DNA from: Coriobacteriia bacterium
Lineage (GTDB): Bacteria; Actinomycetota; Coriobacteriia; WRKU01; WQUG01
Direction of reading: 5' to 3'
Assembly (NCBI GenBank): GCA_009784345.1
Contig: WRBW01000002.1
Location: forward strand, 1 to 62,592
DNA length: 62,592 bases
The notes beneath the pieces were generated by a model. It was given only the letters and a program-made list of their open reading frames with translations. It was not told the origin of the DNA and ran no database searches. Positions 27,064 through 37,086 of this stretch are shown here, in pieces (the first letter of the stretch is position 1; each line of letters opens with the position of its first letter). The position numbers and the translations under genes are program-made.

Positions 27064-27780
27064 CTAATAGCCAGACGAACCACTTCTGTGTGCACAGGTG
27101 CAAATTGGGATGCCCGATGAGGTACCAATGCGTGTAGCTCCGGCTTCAATCATGTCGATAGCTGTGTCGCGGTCGCGGATGCCGCCAGAGGCCTTGACCC
27201 CCATGGGTACTCCTTGATTTGATGCGCCAGCAGCGTGGCGTGCCATGAGGCCCACCGCATGCAGGCTCGCACCCGTCTGACCACCTTCAGCCATTCCAGG
27301 CAGAAGCATTCCTGTCGACGTTTTAACAAAGTCTGCACCAAAGTCCCAGCAGAGATTGCAGGCGCGTACGATTTCATCGTCTTCCAATAAGGCTGTCTCT
27401 AAGATTACTTTCAAGATGGCACCCGCGGCGTGTGCTGCATCAGCCAGTGGCTCGATGTCGTCGCGCAGCATTTCAATATCTTCTGCACGTAGGGCGGCTA
27501 TGTTAATAACCGTGTCTAATTCCTGCGCTCCATTAACGAGCGCCACCTGCGCTTCTATTAACTTAGCCTCGGGCATGTGGGCGCCTGTGGGAAAACCAAT
27601 GACGGTGCAAACCTTCACCTCACTGTCTCGCAGCAAATCGGCGCACAACTTAACCCAAATCGGGTTTACACACACGGCAGCAAAATCATATTCAAGTGCT
27701 TCAGCGCACAACTGACGAATATCAAGCTCCGTAGCATTAACTGCCAAATTAGTATGATCAATAAACTTATTCAAATTCAT
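27064..27780 (-). CDS. deoC: Deoxyribose-phosphate aldolase
   Basis: IDHTNL, AAVCVNP, LKVILET, Schiff-base lysine context DFVKTSTG, VKASGGIR. Confidence 0.9.
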   Translation of the reverse strand: MNLNKFIDHTNLAVNATELDIRQLCAEALEYDFAAVCVNPIWVKLCADLLRDSEVKVCTVIGFPTGAHMPEAKLIEAQVALVNGAQELDTVINIAALRAEDIEMLRDDIEPLADAAHAAGAILKVILETALLEDDEIVRACNLCWDFGADFVKTSTGMLLPGMAEGGQTGASLHAVGLMARHAAGASNQGVPMGVKASGGIRDRDTAIDMIEAGATRIGTSSGIPICTCAHRSGSSGY

Positions 27781-27782
27781 GC

Positions 27783-28763
27783 TTACCTCTTGCTCTTGTC
27801 GTAAACATCGCCTAGAGCCCTCGGTGCCATATTCTTCTTGCCAAACACTGCCAGCAGCACCAGCGTCACCACAAAAGGTGCCGCCAAGGCCAGATCCAAA
27901 ACAGCAGCACTGGCATCAAAGACGGGTAGCAAGTTAAAGGCGGCGCTGCGTGTCAAACCAAAAATCAAGCAGGCAGCGAAAGTCGGAATAATCTTCCAGT
28001 TACCAAAAATGAGCGCTGCAATGGCCAGGAAGCCAAAGCCCATGTAAATCGCCGGCGAAAAGTTTGTCGATATCGAATAGGCAAAGCTCATTCCACCAAT
28101 ACCAGCCAGTACACCTGATATAACAACAGCCCCAAAGCGCACGCGACTGACGTTCACGCCTGCCGCGTCCAGCGCCTGTGGATTGTCACCCGCAGCACGC
28201 ACTCTCATGCCAAATTGCGTCTTATACAGCAGATACCAAAAGAAGGTTGCGACGACCAGAATAATCAGCATGAAGGGGTAGACGCGCGTGAAGGCCGCCC
28301 CCAAAATGGGGATGTCCATCAGGAAGGGGATGTCCCAGCGAGGCGAGGTCTGCAACATGAAGCGCTCTGATGCCTGTCCAAAGAAGTTTGCATTGATAGT
28401 CGAGGTAAAAAAGCCCGTCAGTGCCACAGAAAGGATGTTTATGACAACGCCGCTGATGACTTGATTAGCCATGAATTTGATGCACAGTACGGCGTGGATG
28501 ACGGCAAACATGCCGCCTCCGATAGCTGCAAAGAGGAAGCTGAAATACATCGGCAAATCTGAGTGTGCCGCAAAGAGTCCTGCGGTTGATGCCACAAAGA
28601 GCGCGCCCACAAAGGCGCCAAAGCCCAGTAGTCCTTCAAGTGCCAGATTTACGATACCGCTGCGCTCGCTGTAGATACCGCCAATCGCAATAATCAACAG
28701 GGGCAGCGCAAAGCTCAAGCCGTCAACGAGGATAGCAGCATAGTTCACATCGAGAATACTCAT
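27783..28763 (-). CDS. BMP-family (nucleoside) ABC transporter permease
   Basis: Multi-TM BPD_transp_2-type protein. Overlaps the upstream permease gene by 4 nt. Confidence 0.8.
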   Translation of the reverse strand: MSILDVNYAAILVDGLSFALPLLIIAIGGIYSERSGIVNLALEGLLGFGAFVGALFVASTAGLFAAHSDLPMYFSFLFAAIGGGMFAVIHAVLCIKFMANQVISGVVINILSVALTGFFTSTINANFFGQASERFMLQTSPRWDIPFLMDIPILGAAFTRVYPFMLIILVVATFFWYLLYKTQFGMRVRAAGDNPQALDAAGVNVSRVRFGAVVISGVLAGIGGMSFAYSISTNFSPAIYMGFGFLAIAALIFGNWKIIPTFAACLIFGLTRSAAFNLLPVFDASAAVLDLALAAPFVVTLVLLAVFGKKNMAPRALGDVYDKSKR

Positions 28764-30022
28764 GCGCCATCACCTCCCTTCGAGCCTGCAGCTCTGTCAG
28801 CGGCTGCACGGTCAGCGTCAGCAATCATACTCTTCTTGTTTTCGAGCCATGATTTCAGGTAGCCACCGCAGGCAGTGAAGAGCAAAATCATGCCCGTAAT
28901 GAGGGCGGCAATTTCTTGACGGACACCCACAATAGAGCTCATGTAGGTGGCGCCTGTCGAAAGGGTCGCAATCAGGGTCGCTGCCAAAACAGCACCCAAG
29001 GGGTGCGCATTGCCCAGGAAGGCAACGGCAATGCCGTCAAAGCCCACTGATGGCAAGACATTGGGCGCAATAGAAGGAACGCTTGCCAGATAGTGGGTTA
29101 CTCCTGCAAGACCGCCCATGGCACCAGAGAGCGCCATGGCAAAGACGACCGTGCGCCCAATCTTTATCCCGGCATACTGTGCCGCCTTGGGGCTCTTGCC
29201 TACGGCGGTCATCTCGAAACCTTGCCTTGTCTTCGTTAAGAAAAACCATAGGACAAAGGCGGCAATCACAGCCAGCAAAAAGCCGACGGGCAGCCGGGCA
29301 CTTGCTTCACCCAGATGGACCGGGTCTGTCAGAAGGCGCGCATCAGAACTGGCAGCACGCATATTGCGTGAAACAGGGTCGTGGTAGTTGAGCTTGATGA
29401 TGTAGGCCACCACATACATGAAGATGTTGTTCAACATGATGGAGGACACGACTTCATGGATGTTAAAGCGATACTTGAGAAAACCTATCAGGGCTCCTGC
29501 GAGGGCTCCGACGACCACGCCAATCACCAGCACCAGGGGGCGGGCTACGAGGGCGTCCATGCCACTGTAGCCAACAAAGACGGTCGCGATAAAGCCTGCC
29601 AGAACCATCTGGCCGGCAATACCAATGTTGAAAAGGCCACAGCGTAGGGCAACAACAACACCGAGGGCAGCAAATAACAATGGCGTCAAAGTCGTAGCAA
29701 GGTTAATGAGGTCAGTAAGCTGTGACTGTCCGCCACCATAGTTTGATTTCGCAAACCAGCCGGCGCCCGCAAGAATCGAGCTAAAAACCTCAAGGGGGTT
29801 ATTGCCAAAGGCCAAAATGACGACCGATATCACCAACAGTGACAGCAGAATCGACAGCAGCGGTATGGTCAGTGCCTGCCAGCGCTCTGCTCCCAGACCC
29901 TTGACGACCATGCGGGTGGCATCATCAAGCGCCTTGTTAAAGCCATGCAGTGCTTGCCTGCTTTGTTCGGGCAGGTGGTCTGTTTGGTCGGGGCGCTGTG
30001 GTGCGGATTTCTTGCTACTCAT
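28760..30022 (-). CDS. BMP-family (nucleoside) ABC transporter permease
   Basis: Multi-TM protein that overlaps the ATPase gene end. Same operon as the BMP lipoprotein. Confidence 0.8.
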   Translation of the reverse strand: MSSKKSAPQRPDQTDHLPEQSRQALHGFNKALDDATRMVVKGLGAERWQALTIPLLSILLSLLVISVVILAFGNNPLEVFSSILAGAGWFAKSNYGGGQSQLTDLINLATTLTPLLFAALGVVVALRCGLFNIGIAGQMVLAGFIATVFVGYSGMDALVARPLVLVIGVVVGALAGALIGFLKYRFNIHEVVSSIMLNNIFMYVVAYIIKLNYHDPVSRNMRAASSDARLLTDPVHLGEASARLPVGFLLAVIAAFVLWFFLTKTRQGFEMTAVGKSPKAAQYAGIKIGRTVVFAMALSGAMGGLAGVTHYLASVPSIAPNVLPSVGFDGIAVAFLGNAHPLGAVLAATLIATLSTGATYMSSIVGVRQEIAALITGMILLFTACGGYLKSWLENKKSMIADADRAAADRAAGSKGGDGA

Positions 30023-31610
30023 TGCCCGTCACCCCCATCATAAATTCTCCGACTTGATTCATGCTTAAGTCAGCAGCAGCAGCTACTTTTAACATTTGGC
30101 CGGCATACATGACACCAATGGTGTCTGCAAGATCCATGACTTCATCCAGTTCAAGCGAAATCAACAGGACGGCCTTGCCTTTATCACGCTCGTCCAAAAT
30201 GCGCTCGCGGATGGCCATAATGGCGCCGATGTCGAGGCCTCGGGTGGGCTGCACAAAAATCAACAAATCAGCACCCTGGTCAATCTCGCGCCCGACAATC
30301 GCCTTCTGCTGGTTACCACCACTCATCTCGCGGGTTATGGTCTTGGGGCCTCGCGCGCAGCGAATGTCGAAATCATCAATAAGTCCCTTTGCGTGCTCGC
30401 TAAAGGCAACAGGCTTCAAAAGAGAGGTCTTGCAGTAAGGCTTGCGATAGTAGGACTTCAGCGCCAGATTCTGGTCAAGGCAAAAGTCCAGTACCAGACC
30501 GACGGACTGCCGGTCCTCGGGGATGTAGGCGATGCCGTCTTCACTACGCTTGCGTACATTCATTTTTGAAAGGCTGTGGCCTTTGAGCTTTATGTCACCC
30601 TTCTTGGTCTTTGCAAGTCCTGCTATGGCATCAGCCAGTTCCGTCTGACCACTACCTGAAACGCCCGCAACGGCAAAAATCTCGCCGGCGTGCACCTTGA
30701 AGCTGACATCATTAACCTTTGGGAAGCCATTTGCATCCTCAACGCGCAGACCCTCGACTTCAAGGATCGTGTCTCCCATACCCTTTGTTGGGCGCTTTGC
30801 GCTAAACTCGATGTCGCGACCAACCATCTTTGAGGCGAGCTCTCGTGGGCTGGTGTCTGCCGTGTTGCTTATGTCGACCAACTTGCCGCGCACCAAAATC
30901 GCACAGCGGTCACAGACCTCCATGACCTCATCCAGTTTATGGGTAATAAAGATGACCGTCTTGCCCTGGTCACGCAGGTTTTTGATAATCTGTAGCAGGC
31001 TTTCAATTTCCTGGGGGGTCAACATGGCTGTCGGTTCATCAAAAATCAGAATCTCTGCATCGCGATAGAGCATCTTCAAGATTTCGACGCGCTGCTGGGT
31101 AGAAACACCCAAGTCATGAATCACCGCGCGCGGATCTACTTCGAGACCGTAGTCACGCGAGAGCTGCTCGATACGTGCCTCAGCACTTTTGATATCCACG
31201 TAGGGAAAAAGACCCAAGGCTTTTTTACGCGGTTCATCACCCAGGATGATGTTTTCGGCAACCGTGTAATTGCTGACAAGCTTAAAGTGCTGGTGCACCA
31301 TGCCGATATCAAGTGCTACGGCTTCATTGGGAGAATCAATCGAAACGGCCTGCCCACGAATGTATATTTGACCTTCATCAGGCTGGTAGAGACCAAATAT
31401 CATCGAGGCAAGGGTTGACTTACCGGCGCCGTTTTCTCCCAACAGGGCATAGATCTCACCCTTGCGAATGTCCAAGCTAATGTTGTCACAGGCTACGATG
31501 CCCGGAAAGCGCTTGGTTAGATTGCGCACTTCTAGAATAATTTCTTGAGATAGACCCGCATCTTGCTTTGCCACAGGTTTTGTCCCCCTCGAATCCGCAT
31601 GCACGTGCAA
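30015..31610 (-). CDS. Tandem-NBD ABC ATPase of the nucleoside/sugar (CUT2-like) type
   Basis: First NBD: GENGAGKST, Walker B ILIFDEPT. Second NBD: GVSGSGQTEL, MSGGNQQK, LLIFVQPTRGLD. Confidence 0.9.
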   Translation of the reverse strand: MHVHADSRGTKPVAKQDAGLSQEIILEVRNLTKRFPGIVACDNISLDIRKGEIYALLGENGAGKSTLASMIFGLYQPDEGQIYIRGQAVSIDSPNEAVALDIGMVHQHFKLVSNYTVAENIILGDEPRKKALGLFPYVDIKSAEARIEQLSRDYGLEVDPRAVIHDLGVSTQQRVEILKMLYRDAEILIFDEPTAMLTPQEIESLLQIIKNLRDQGKTVIFITHKLDEVMEVCDRCAILVRGKLVDISNTADTSPRELASKMVGRDIEFSAKRPTKGMGDTILEVEGLRVEDANGFPKVNDVSFKVHAGEIFAVAGVSGSGQTELADAIAGLAKTKKGDIKLKGHSLSKMNVRKRSEDGIAYIPEDRQSVGLVLDFCLDQNLALKSYYRKPYCKTSLLKPVAFSEHAKGLIDDFDIRCARGPKTITREMSGGNQQKAIVGREIDQGADLLIFVQPTRGLDIGAIMAIRERILDERDKGKAVLLISLELDEVMDLADTIGVMYAGQMLKVAAAADLSMNQVGEFMMGVTGNE

Positions 31611-31693
31611 ACACCTTAATATTCTATGAAAAAGGCGGCACTCTAATCAAGGAGTACCGCCTTCATTTTAGCACTATGTGCAGGGATTATAGC

Positions 31694-32869
31694 TTAGAGA
31701 CCAGGGAATCCGTCAACATCGTGACCGTTAAAGTTAGAAGCAGGAACAATGCTTCCGTCCTTGATGGCGGCCAGTGCGTCGTTGACTGCACTAATGGTGT
31801 CAGCATTCAGTTGCTGACGACCGTCTGCGGTCACAAGACCAGTTGCATCATCAGCAGCGGTCAGTACAAAGTTACCGCCAACAAAGCTTCCGTCAACAAT
31901 GGCTTCCAGCTGCTTGAAGACCTGGAGATCCATAACCTTCAGTGCAGAAGTCAAAACGATGTTACGGTCGCCGTCTTCGCCCAGTTCCCATTGGTCAACG
32001 TCGCAACCAATAACCTGAACGCCGGTTGCTTCTTTAGCAGCGGTGAATACACCGTTACCAGAACCACCAGCAGCAACAAAGATGATGTCAGCACCTTCAG
32101 CGATCAGTGCATCACCAATCTGCTTGCCGGTTGCTTCGTCATTGAAGGTACCTACATAGTTACCACCAACATTGATGTCGCGTACGTCAGTACCAGCAAA
32201 AGCGGTCAGGTTGACCAGTTCTGCAGAAGTGTCAAGGTGCTTGTTAGCCCAGTTAACACCACTTTCGAAACCAAACTGATAGTTAACAACAGGAGGAATA
32301 GCTCCGCCACCTACGAAAGCAACCTTGCCGCTTTCAGTCTGCATGGCAGCAGCGATACCTGCAAAGAAACCAGATTCTTGCTCTGCAAAGCGCATTGCAT
32401 ACACGTTGTCCAGTTCAACTTCTGTTGGGCTGTCTGGGTCATTGGGATCGTTATCAGGGTTTGCTGGGAAGGTGTCAACCAGGATGAACTTCGTATCTGG
32501 GTTAGCCTTCGCAACGTCAGTGATTCCGCTGAACTGGAATCCTGGCAGTACAACTACATCGTAGTTTGCAACAATCTGCTCTACAGCAGAAACAGCGTTG
32601 TCCATTTCTGGCTCGCGGATGGTGTTCACGGTTGCGTCACCATGAGCATCGATGAAGGAAAGCACACCTTCATAGTTGTTCTGGTTAAATGATCCGTCAT
32701 CTACACCAGAGGGGCTGGTCACAACGACGATACGCAGAGCCTCAGGGTTTACCACCGCTTCGGTATCTGCAGCTGCGTTGTCAACTACCTCTTCAGTGCC
32801 ACCGCAAGCAACTAGTCCCATTGATAGTACTAGCGCGAAAGCGATGATTAGCACTTTCTTCCAGTTCAT
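31694..32869 (-). CDS. BMP-family substrate-binding lipoprotein (nucleoside binding, TmpC/PnrA/RnsA-like)
   Basis: ATG at 32869 follows GGAGG. Lipobox LVACGG. DDGSFNQ and GFQF motifs typical of the Bmp family. Confidence 0.85.
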   Translation of the reverse strand: MNWKKVLIIAFALVLSMGLVACGGTEEVVDNAAADTEAVVNPEALRIVVVTSPSGVDDGSFNQNNYEGVLSFIDAHGDATVNTIREPEMDNAVSAVEQIVANYDVVVLPGFQFSGITDVAKANPDTKFILVDTFPANPDNDPNDPDSPTEVELDNVYAMRFAEQESGFFAGIAAAMQTESGKVAFVGGGAIPPVVNYQFGFESGVNWANKHLDTSAELVNLTAFAGTDVRDINVGGNYVGTFNDEATGKQIGDALIAEGADIIFVAAGGSGNGVFTAAKEATGVQVIGCDVDQWELGEDGDRNIVLTSALKVMDLQVFKQLEAIVDGSFVGGNFVLTAADDATGLVTADGRQQLNADTISAVNDALAAIKDGSIVPASNFNGHDVDGFPGL

Positions 32870-32882
32870 ACAGGTCCTCCTT

Positions 32883-32895
32883 CGCAATAATTGCG
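32883..32895. promoter_or_regulatory. Palindrome abutting the RBS of the BMP operon (candidate operator)
   Basis: CGCAAT-A-ATTGCG, with 6-nt perfect arms, lies 3 nt upstream of the GGAGG of the BMP lipoprotein gene. Direct AACGTAC repeats lie further upstream. Confidence 0.3.
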
Positions 32896-33138
32896 TTTAG
32901 GTTTCGCGCCAGACCTTTACCGGCGCATATTTCATTCTTGCAATTGTAACGTACAGGCAACGTACCCTGCCCTGTAATGAAGCTATTCTTGATTAAATCC
33001 ACACATCTTTTAAGCTAGCTGACCACTTAACAGGGGGAGTGCGTCCATACACGACACAAATCCTATAAGAGGATGGAATAATGCTCCCCGTAGGCTAGGT
33101 GCATATTTTTCTTCATTATTGAATATTTTGAACATGTA

Positions 33139-33235
33139 GCACAACAGAGGGGACAGCTCATCACGTCCTCGCGCGCTTGGCTTGCGCCATTATCTGCGCA
33201 CTGCGGAGTGTGCTGAGCTGCCCCCTCTGTTGTGC
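33139..33235. repeat. Intergenic repeat family, copy B (long hairpin)
   Basis: 22-nt inverted arms GCACAACAGAGGGGACAGCTCA / TGAGCTGCCCCCTCTGTTGTGC pair at 21 of 22 positions. They enclose a 53-nt spacer, and the 59-nt core shared with copy A (33158-33216) spans this spacer and 3 nt of each arm. Confidence 0.85.
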
Positions 33236-33262
33236 GTAGAGCATTCGAATGCGTGGTGGACG

Positions 33263-33904
33263 CTAGTCTTGAGAGGGCCACCAGGAATTAGCGCGTGATT
33301 CGCGCTCGATAGAGGTGGCAGGACCGTGGCCGGGATAGACCTTGGTAGAAGGTGGAAGCTCTGTGGCAATGCGCTCGATGCTGCGCTCCATGGCTTCAGC
33401 GTCGCCCCCCAAAAGATCAGTGCGTCCAATATCACGGGCAAACAAGGTATCCCCGCTGAAGTAGTGCATCGGTTCATCTTCGCAACTGGGGTCACTGATA
33501 AGATAGCCAACACTGCCCTGTGTATGACCAGGGGTTAGCATAACCTCTACCTTCAGGCCGGCTAAATCAAAAACATCACCATCATTGACCTTGAAATCCA
33601 CGCGGGGGACTTCCACCTTAATGCCGTAGCGATCTTCGATATCCTTGACCAGATCAGGACAGGTTGCCAGTTCAGCCTCTGACATGTAAAGAAAAGAGCT
33701 TGAATCGTCTGCCACATCGTCTGCAGCAGAAATGTGATCAAAGTGTCCGTGGGTCAGCAAGACGGCTGCAACGGGACGGTCATCGATGGCATCAAGAATG
33801 CGATCTGCTTCGTCCCCTGGGTCAACCACAATGAGCTGACCTTCATTTTCGATAAGCCAGGTATTGGTCTTTATTTCTCCTACGACAACGCGGTCGATAT
33901 TCAT
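33263..33904 (-). CDS. MBL-fold metallo-hydrolase (glyoxalase II-like)
   Basis: ATG at 33904 follows AAGGAG. Motif LLTHGHFDHI, plus downstream TPGHTQGS and GD residues. Confidence 0.8.
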   Translation of the reverse strand: MNIDRVVVGEIKTNTWLIENEGQLIVVDPGDEADRILDAIDDRPVAAVLLTHGHFDHISAADDVADDSSSFLYMSEAELATCPDLVKDIEDRYGIKVEVPRVDFKVNDGDVFDLAGLKVEVMLTPGHTQGSVGYLISDPSCEDEPMHYFSGDTLFARDIGRTDLLGGDAEAMERSIERIATELPPSTKVYPGHGPATSIERESRANSWWPSQD

Positions 33905-33914
33905 AATGAGCTCC

Positions 33915-34829
33915 TTAGGGGCTGAGGATGTGCTGTTTTGAGTCTTTTGCAATTATATAGCTAGTCACCACAAAGAGGACCAGCCCGAGCGTAAGCATCA
34001 GGTAATAGGTGGCTGCGGCCTCAGGCTCTAGCCAGACAAAGGTGAAGCTTGCAGCGTTAATACCAATATGTGCCGCAATGGCAGCGTACACACTTTTCGT
34101 GCGCAGGGCAATCCAAGCAAGCATAATGCCGAGCACGCCAGCCATAAGGGCCCAGGCGGCCGTGCCGTGCAAGACACCAAAGACGATGGAGCTCAGTAAC
34201 ACCGAGGGCACGACCGGAATAGCACGTCGCAGCTCGCTCAAAATGAAGCCTCTGAACACGATTTCTTCAACCAGCGGTACCACCGTTGACCCGACCAAAG
34301 CTGTCAAGAGTGAGCCAAAGAGCAGAGCCTGCGCCTGAGCGGTAGCCCCCGAATCAGCCGCCTCCATGAAAGCAAAGCCTGGCATGTTAATGATGGCGTT
34401 AAAGGCGAGGCTAAAACCTACACCCATGAAGAGTGCTGTTGCCACGAGGCTTGGGCTGATGGGCTTTAGTTGGGCAAATTCTTTGGGGTTGAAGCCGCGC
34501 TTCTTGACTACCCACCAGGCAAAGGCCAGGGTAATAAGACTTGAGGCCAAAAGTATCCAGGGCATGTTTGCGCTCATGTGGGCAAAGAGGACATCCTGTA
34601 GGTAGCTGCTTATCGCTCCTGCCTCATTTGGGTCGAGTGCACCGGATTCGGCAGCAGCCATTATTTCGCGAAAAGAACTGACCCCAACGATGATGAGCCC
34701 CGTCAAAGTCTGGGCAACACCAAAAATCAGAACGTAGAGTAGCGACCAGCCAATTGCCGCGGCTCGGCTGGGAGTTTGCGGCAAAGCTGTGGATTCCGCC
34801 TCTTCGGTCACTATTATGTCTTCTTGCAT
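33915..34829 (-). CDS. CPBP (CAAX) family intramembrane glutamic endopeptidase
   Basis: Multi-TM protein with motifs EEIVFRGF and FGVLH. The ATG at 34829 has GGAG 7 nt upstream; the longer ORF start at 34844 has no RBS. Confidence 0.8.
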   Translation of the reverse strand: MQEDIIVTEEAESTALPQTPSRAAAIGWSLLYVLIFGVAQTLTGLIIVGVSSFREIMAAAESGALDPNEAGAISSYLQDVLFAHMSANMPWILLASSLITLAFAWWVVKKRGFNPKEFAQLKPISPSLVATALFMGVGFSLAFNAIINMPGFAFMEAADSGATAQAQALLFGSLLTALVGSTVVPLVEEIVFRGFILSELRRAIPVVPSVLLSSIVFGVLHGTAAWALMAGVLGIMLAWIALRTKSVYAAIAAHIGINAASFTFVWLEPEAAATYYLMLTLGLVLFVVTSYIIAKDSKQHILSP

Positions 34830-35097
34830 GGACGCACTCCGCATCTGTTTTTAATTGCATATTAAGCTCATTTTAGCACTGTATTTCGCTTTGATAACAC
34901 CCATTGTGTATGTGAGTTTTCTGTGTTATCAAGTCCAGAATGAATGTAATTATCACTCTATTAAGCTAAAGTTACTGCACAGAAAACGACTTGTTGGACA
35001 TTATTTTAGGCTAAACGGAAGTCTAGAAGCGACGATGTTCAACACGCATTGTCACCAAGGAAAGACGGTGCGTTTTAGCAATGGAAAGGAGAAAATT

Positions 35098-36819
35098 GTG
35101 CGCAAAAGTAGACTATTAGTACTTGCTTTGGCCACTGTCATGCTGTTTGCATTGGCGTTGACCGGTTGTAATAACGAAACCGGAACCACGACACCTCCAG
35201 CTGACGAGCCAGCAGCGACCGAATCAGGCGCTACTCCCGGTGGTACCTTTAGCATGTACATAGCCGAGCCACAGTTCATCGACCCCTACAACGCTGGTGA
35301 GAGCGAAGGACTGCATGTTGTTCATGCAATCTTCCTGCCTCTCGTATACCCAAATCACCAGGATCCAACGATCATCGAGCCTGGTGCAGCAACGTCTTGG
35401 GACATTAACGAGGACTCAACGGTCTTTACCTTCAACCTCGACCCAGAGGCAAAGTTTGCTGACGGTACTCCTGTTACCGCAGGCGACTTTGTCTATGCGT
35501 TCAACCGCATTGCAAACCCTAACACCGAAAACACCATGACTGGTGATGTTGATCCTTCAACGATCTCTTCACAGCTGGGTGCGGTAAAGGGCTTTGACGC
35601 TGTTCAGTCAGGTGACGCAGACACCCTCGAAGGTGTTGTTGCAGAAGATGACCACACCCTGGTTATCACCCTTGAGGATTCATTTGGTGACTTCATTCAG
35701 AACATGATGCACGCTGCCATGGTTCCTGTTCCACAGGCACTGGTAGAAAATGGCGTTCCTTTTGAGGGCGGCACCGTGCCTTTCGGTGAAATGCCTATTG
35801 GTAACGGTCCTTTCATGATGGCAAAGCCTTGGCAACCAGGTCAGGTCATCAGCACCGTTCAGAACCCTTACTTTAGTGGTACTCCTGCTTACGTAGATGG
35901 TATTGACTTCCGCATCTTTGCTGATGTTGACGCAGCCTTTACCGAGTGGCAGGCAGGCAACCTTGACCTTGCACAAATTAGCTCTGGTCAGCTGATTGCT
36001 ATGCAGGATCAGTTTGGCGTAGCTGGCAACAATGGCTACACCGCAAATCCTGGTAACCAGGTAATCAATGGTGCACAGGCTGGAACTTACTTCATCCTGA
36101 TGAACAACAACAAGGCACCACTGGACAACCCAGATGTACGTCGTGCTATCACGCTTGCTATCAACCGTGAAGCCATCAACGACCTGGTATGGGAATCAAG
36201 CTACAAGGTAGCTTCAGACATCCTGCCTCCAGGTATTCCTGGTGCTGCTGATGGCGCATGGGAAGATTCACGCTTTGACCGCGAGGCTGCAAAGGAAGCT
36301 TTGGCTGACGCAGGATTCCCCGGTGGAGAAGGTCTTCCAACCATTACGCTGTCACTGAATGCTGGTGCAGGTCACGAGCCCATCATGGAGCTCATCCAAG
36401 CTGATCTAGCTGAAATCGGTATCACCGCAAACCTCGACGGCATGGAGTGGGCAACCTACCTGCGTGCTCTCGATGATGCAAACTACGAAGTTGGTCGTCT
36501 GGGTTGGATGGCAAGCTATCCATCAACCGACTACTTCCTGTATGAGCTCTTTGGAACTGGCGTAAGCAACAACTTCACCGGCTTTAGCAGCGATGCTGTC
36601 GATGATGGTCTTGCTGAAGCTCGTACCATTGGTGATGCAGATGCTCGCGCTGAAAAGTACAAGGACATCAACGCCTTGATTCAGGCCGAGAACCCACTGG
36701 CACCAATCGCGTTCTACGCACACCGCATGATTGCTTCAGAGCGCATGAACGATCTGACAATCAGCTCACTGAACAATGTAGACTTCACCAGACTGTGGAT
36801 CACTGCTGACGCTCAGTAA
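35098..36819 (+). CDS. Peptide/nickel ABC substrate-binding lipoprotein (family 5, OppA/DppA-like)
   Basis: GTG at 35098 follows AAAGGAG. Lipobox LTGC. SBP_bac_5-like body. The N-terminal 81 aa of the long ORF are probably not translated. Confidence 0.8.
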   Translation: MRKSRLLVLALATVMLFALALTGCNNETGTTTPPADEPAATESGATPGGTFSMYIAEPQFIDPYNAGESEGLHVVHAIFLPLVYPNHQDPTIIEPGAATSWDINEDSTVFTFNLDPEAKFADGTPVTAGDFVYAFNRIANPNTENTMTGDVDPSTISSQLGAVKGFDAVQSGDADTLEGVVAEDDHTLVITLEDSFGDFIQNMMHAAMVPVPQALVENGVPFEGGTVPFGEMPIGNGPFMMAKPWQPGQVISTVQNPYFSGTPAYVDGIDFRIFADVDAAFTEWQAGNLDLAQISSGQLIAMQDQFGVAGNNGYTANPGNQVINGAQAGTYFILMNNNKAPLDNPDVRRAITLAINREAINDLVWESSYKVASDILPPGIPGAADGAWEDSRFDREAAKEALADAGFPGGEGLPTITLSLNAGAGHEPIMELIQADLAEIGITANLDGMEWATYLRALDDANYEVGRLGWMASYPSTDYFLYELFGTGVSNNFTGFSSDAVDDGLAEARTIGDADARAEKYKDINALIQAENPLAPIAFYAHRMIASERMNDLTISSLNNVDFTRLWITADAQ

Positions 36820-36880
36820 GCACGCTTAAGCGAAAAGTCGCAGCTAAACGCAGCGATTTTCGTAAAAACGTAGTAAAATG

Positions 36881-36914
36881 AAAGAGGGTATCCCTATCAT
36901 AGGGTGCCCTCTTT
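36881..36914 (+). terminator. Strong hairpin between the SBP gene and the permease genes (partial terminator/attenuator)
   Basis: AAAGAGGGTATCCCTATCATAGGGTGCCCTCTTT has a 9-bp outer stem plus an inner stem. No clear U tract. Position is typical of SBP-to-permease stoichiometry control. Confidence 0.45.
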
Positions 36915-37086
36915 CCTACTTGTGTAAGGACAAAGCACAGGTACATCGAGTAGGAACAATTCGCCAAATAGCGTAAATTGTGCAATTATTGCATGTTGTA
37001 CTTAAGTGCAATAAAGCGTGCGGAACCATGAATAAACGTATAAGAGTGAGTGTAACCATGATAGAAAATGTAGGAGTCGAGGCCAG

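Noticed and set aside
31568-32692. 374-aa plus-strand ORF
   Set aside because: It lies entirely antisense to the well-supported BMP lipoprotein gene, has no RBS, a low-complexity composition and no motifs. It is a shadow ORF of a GC-rich coding region.
34830-35097. N-terminal extensions of the CPBP (34844) and SBP (34855) ORFs
   Set aside because: The extensions have no RBS and cross an AT-rich divergent promoter region. Internal starts at 34829 (GGAG-7 nt-ATG) and 35098 (AAAGGAG, then a lipoprotein signal peptide) are much better supported.
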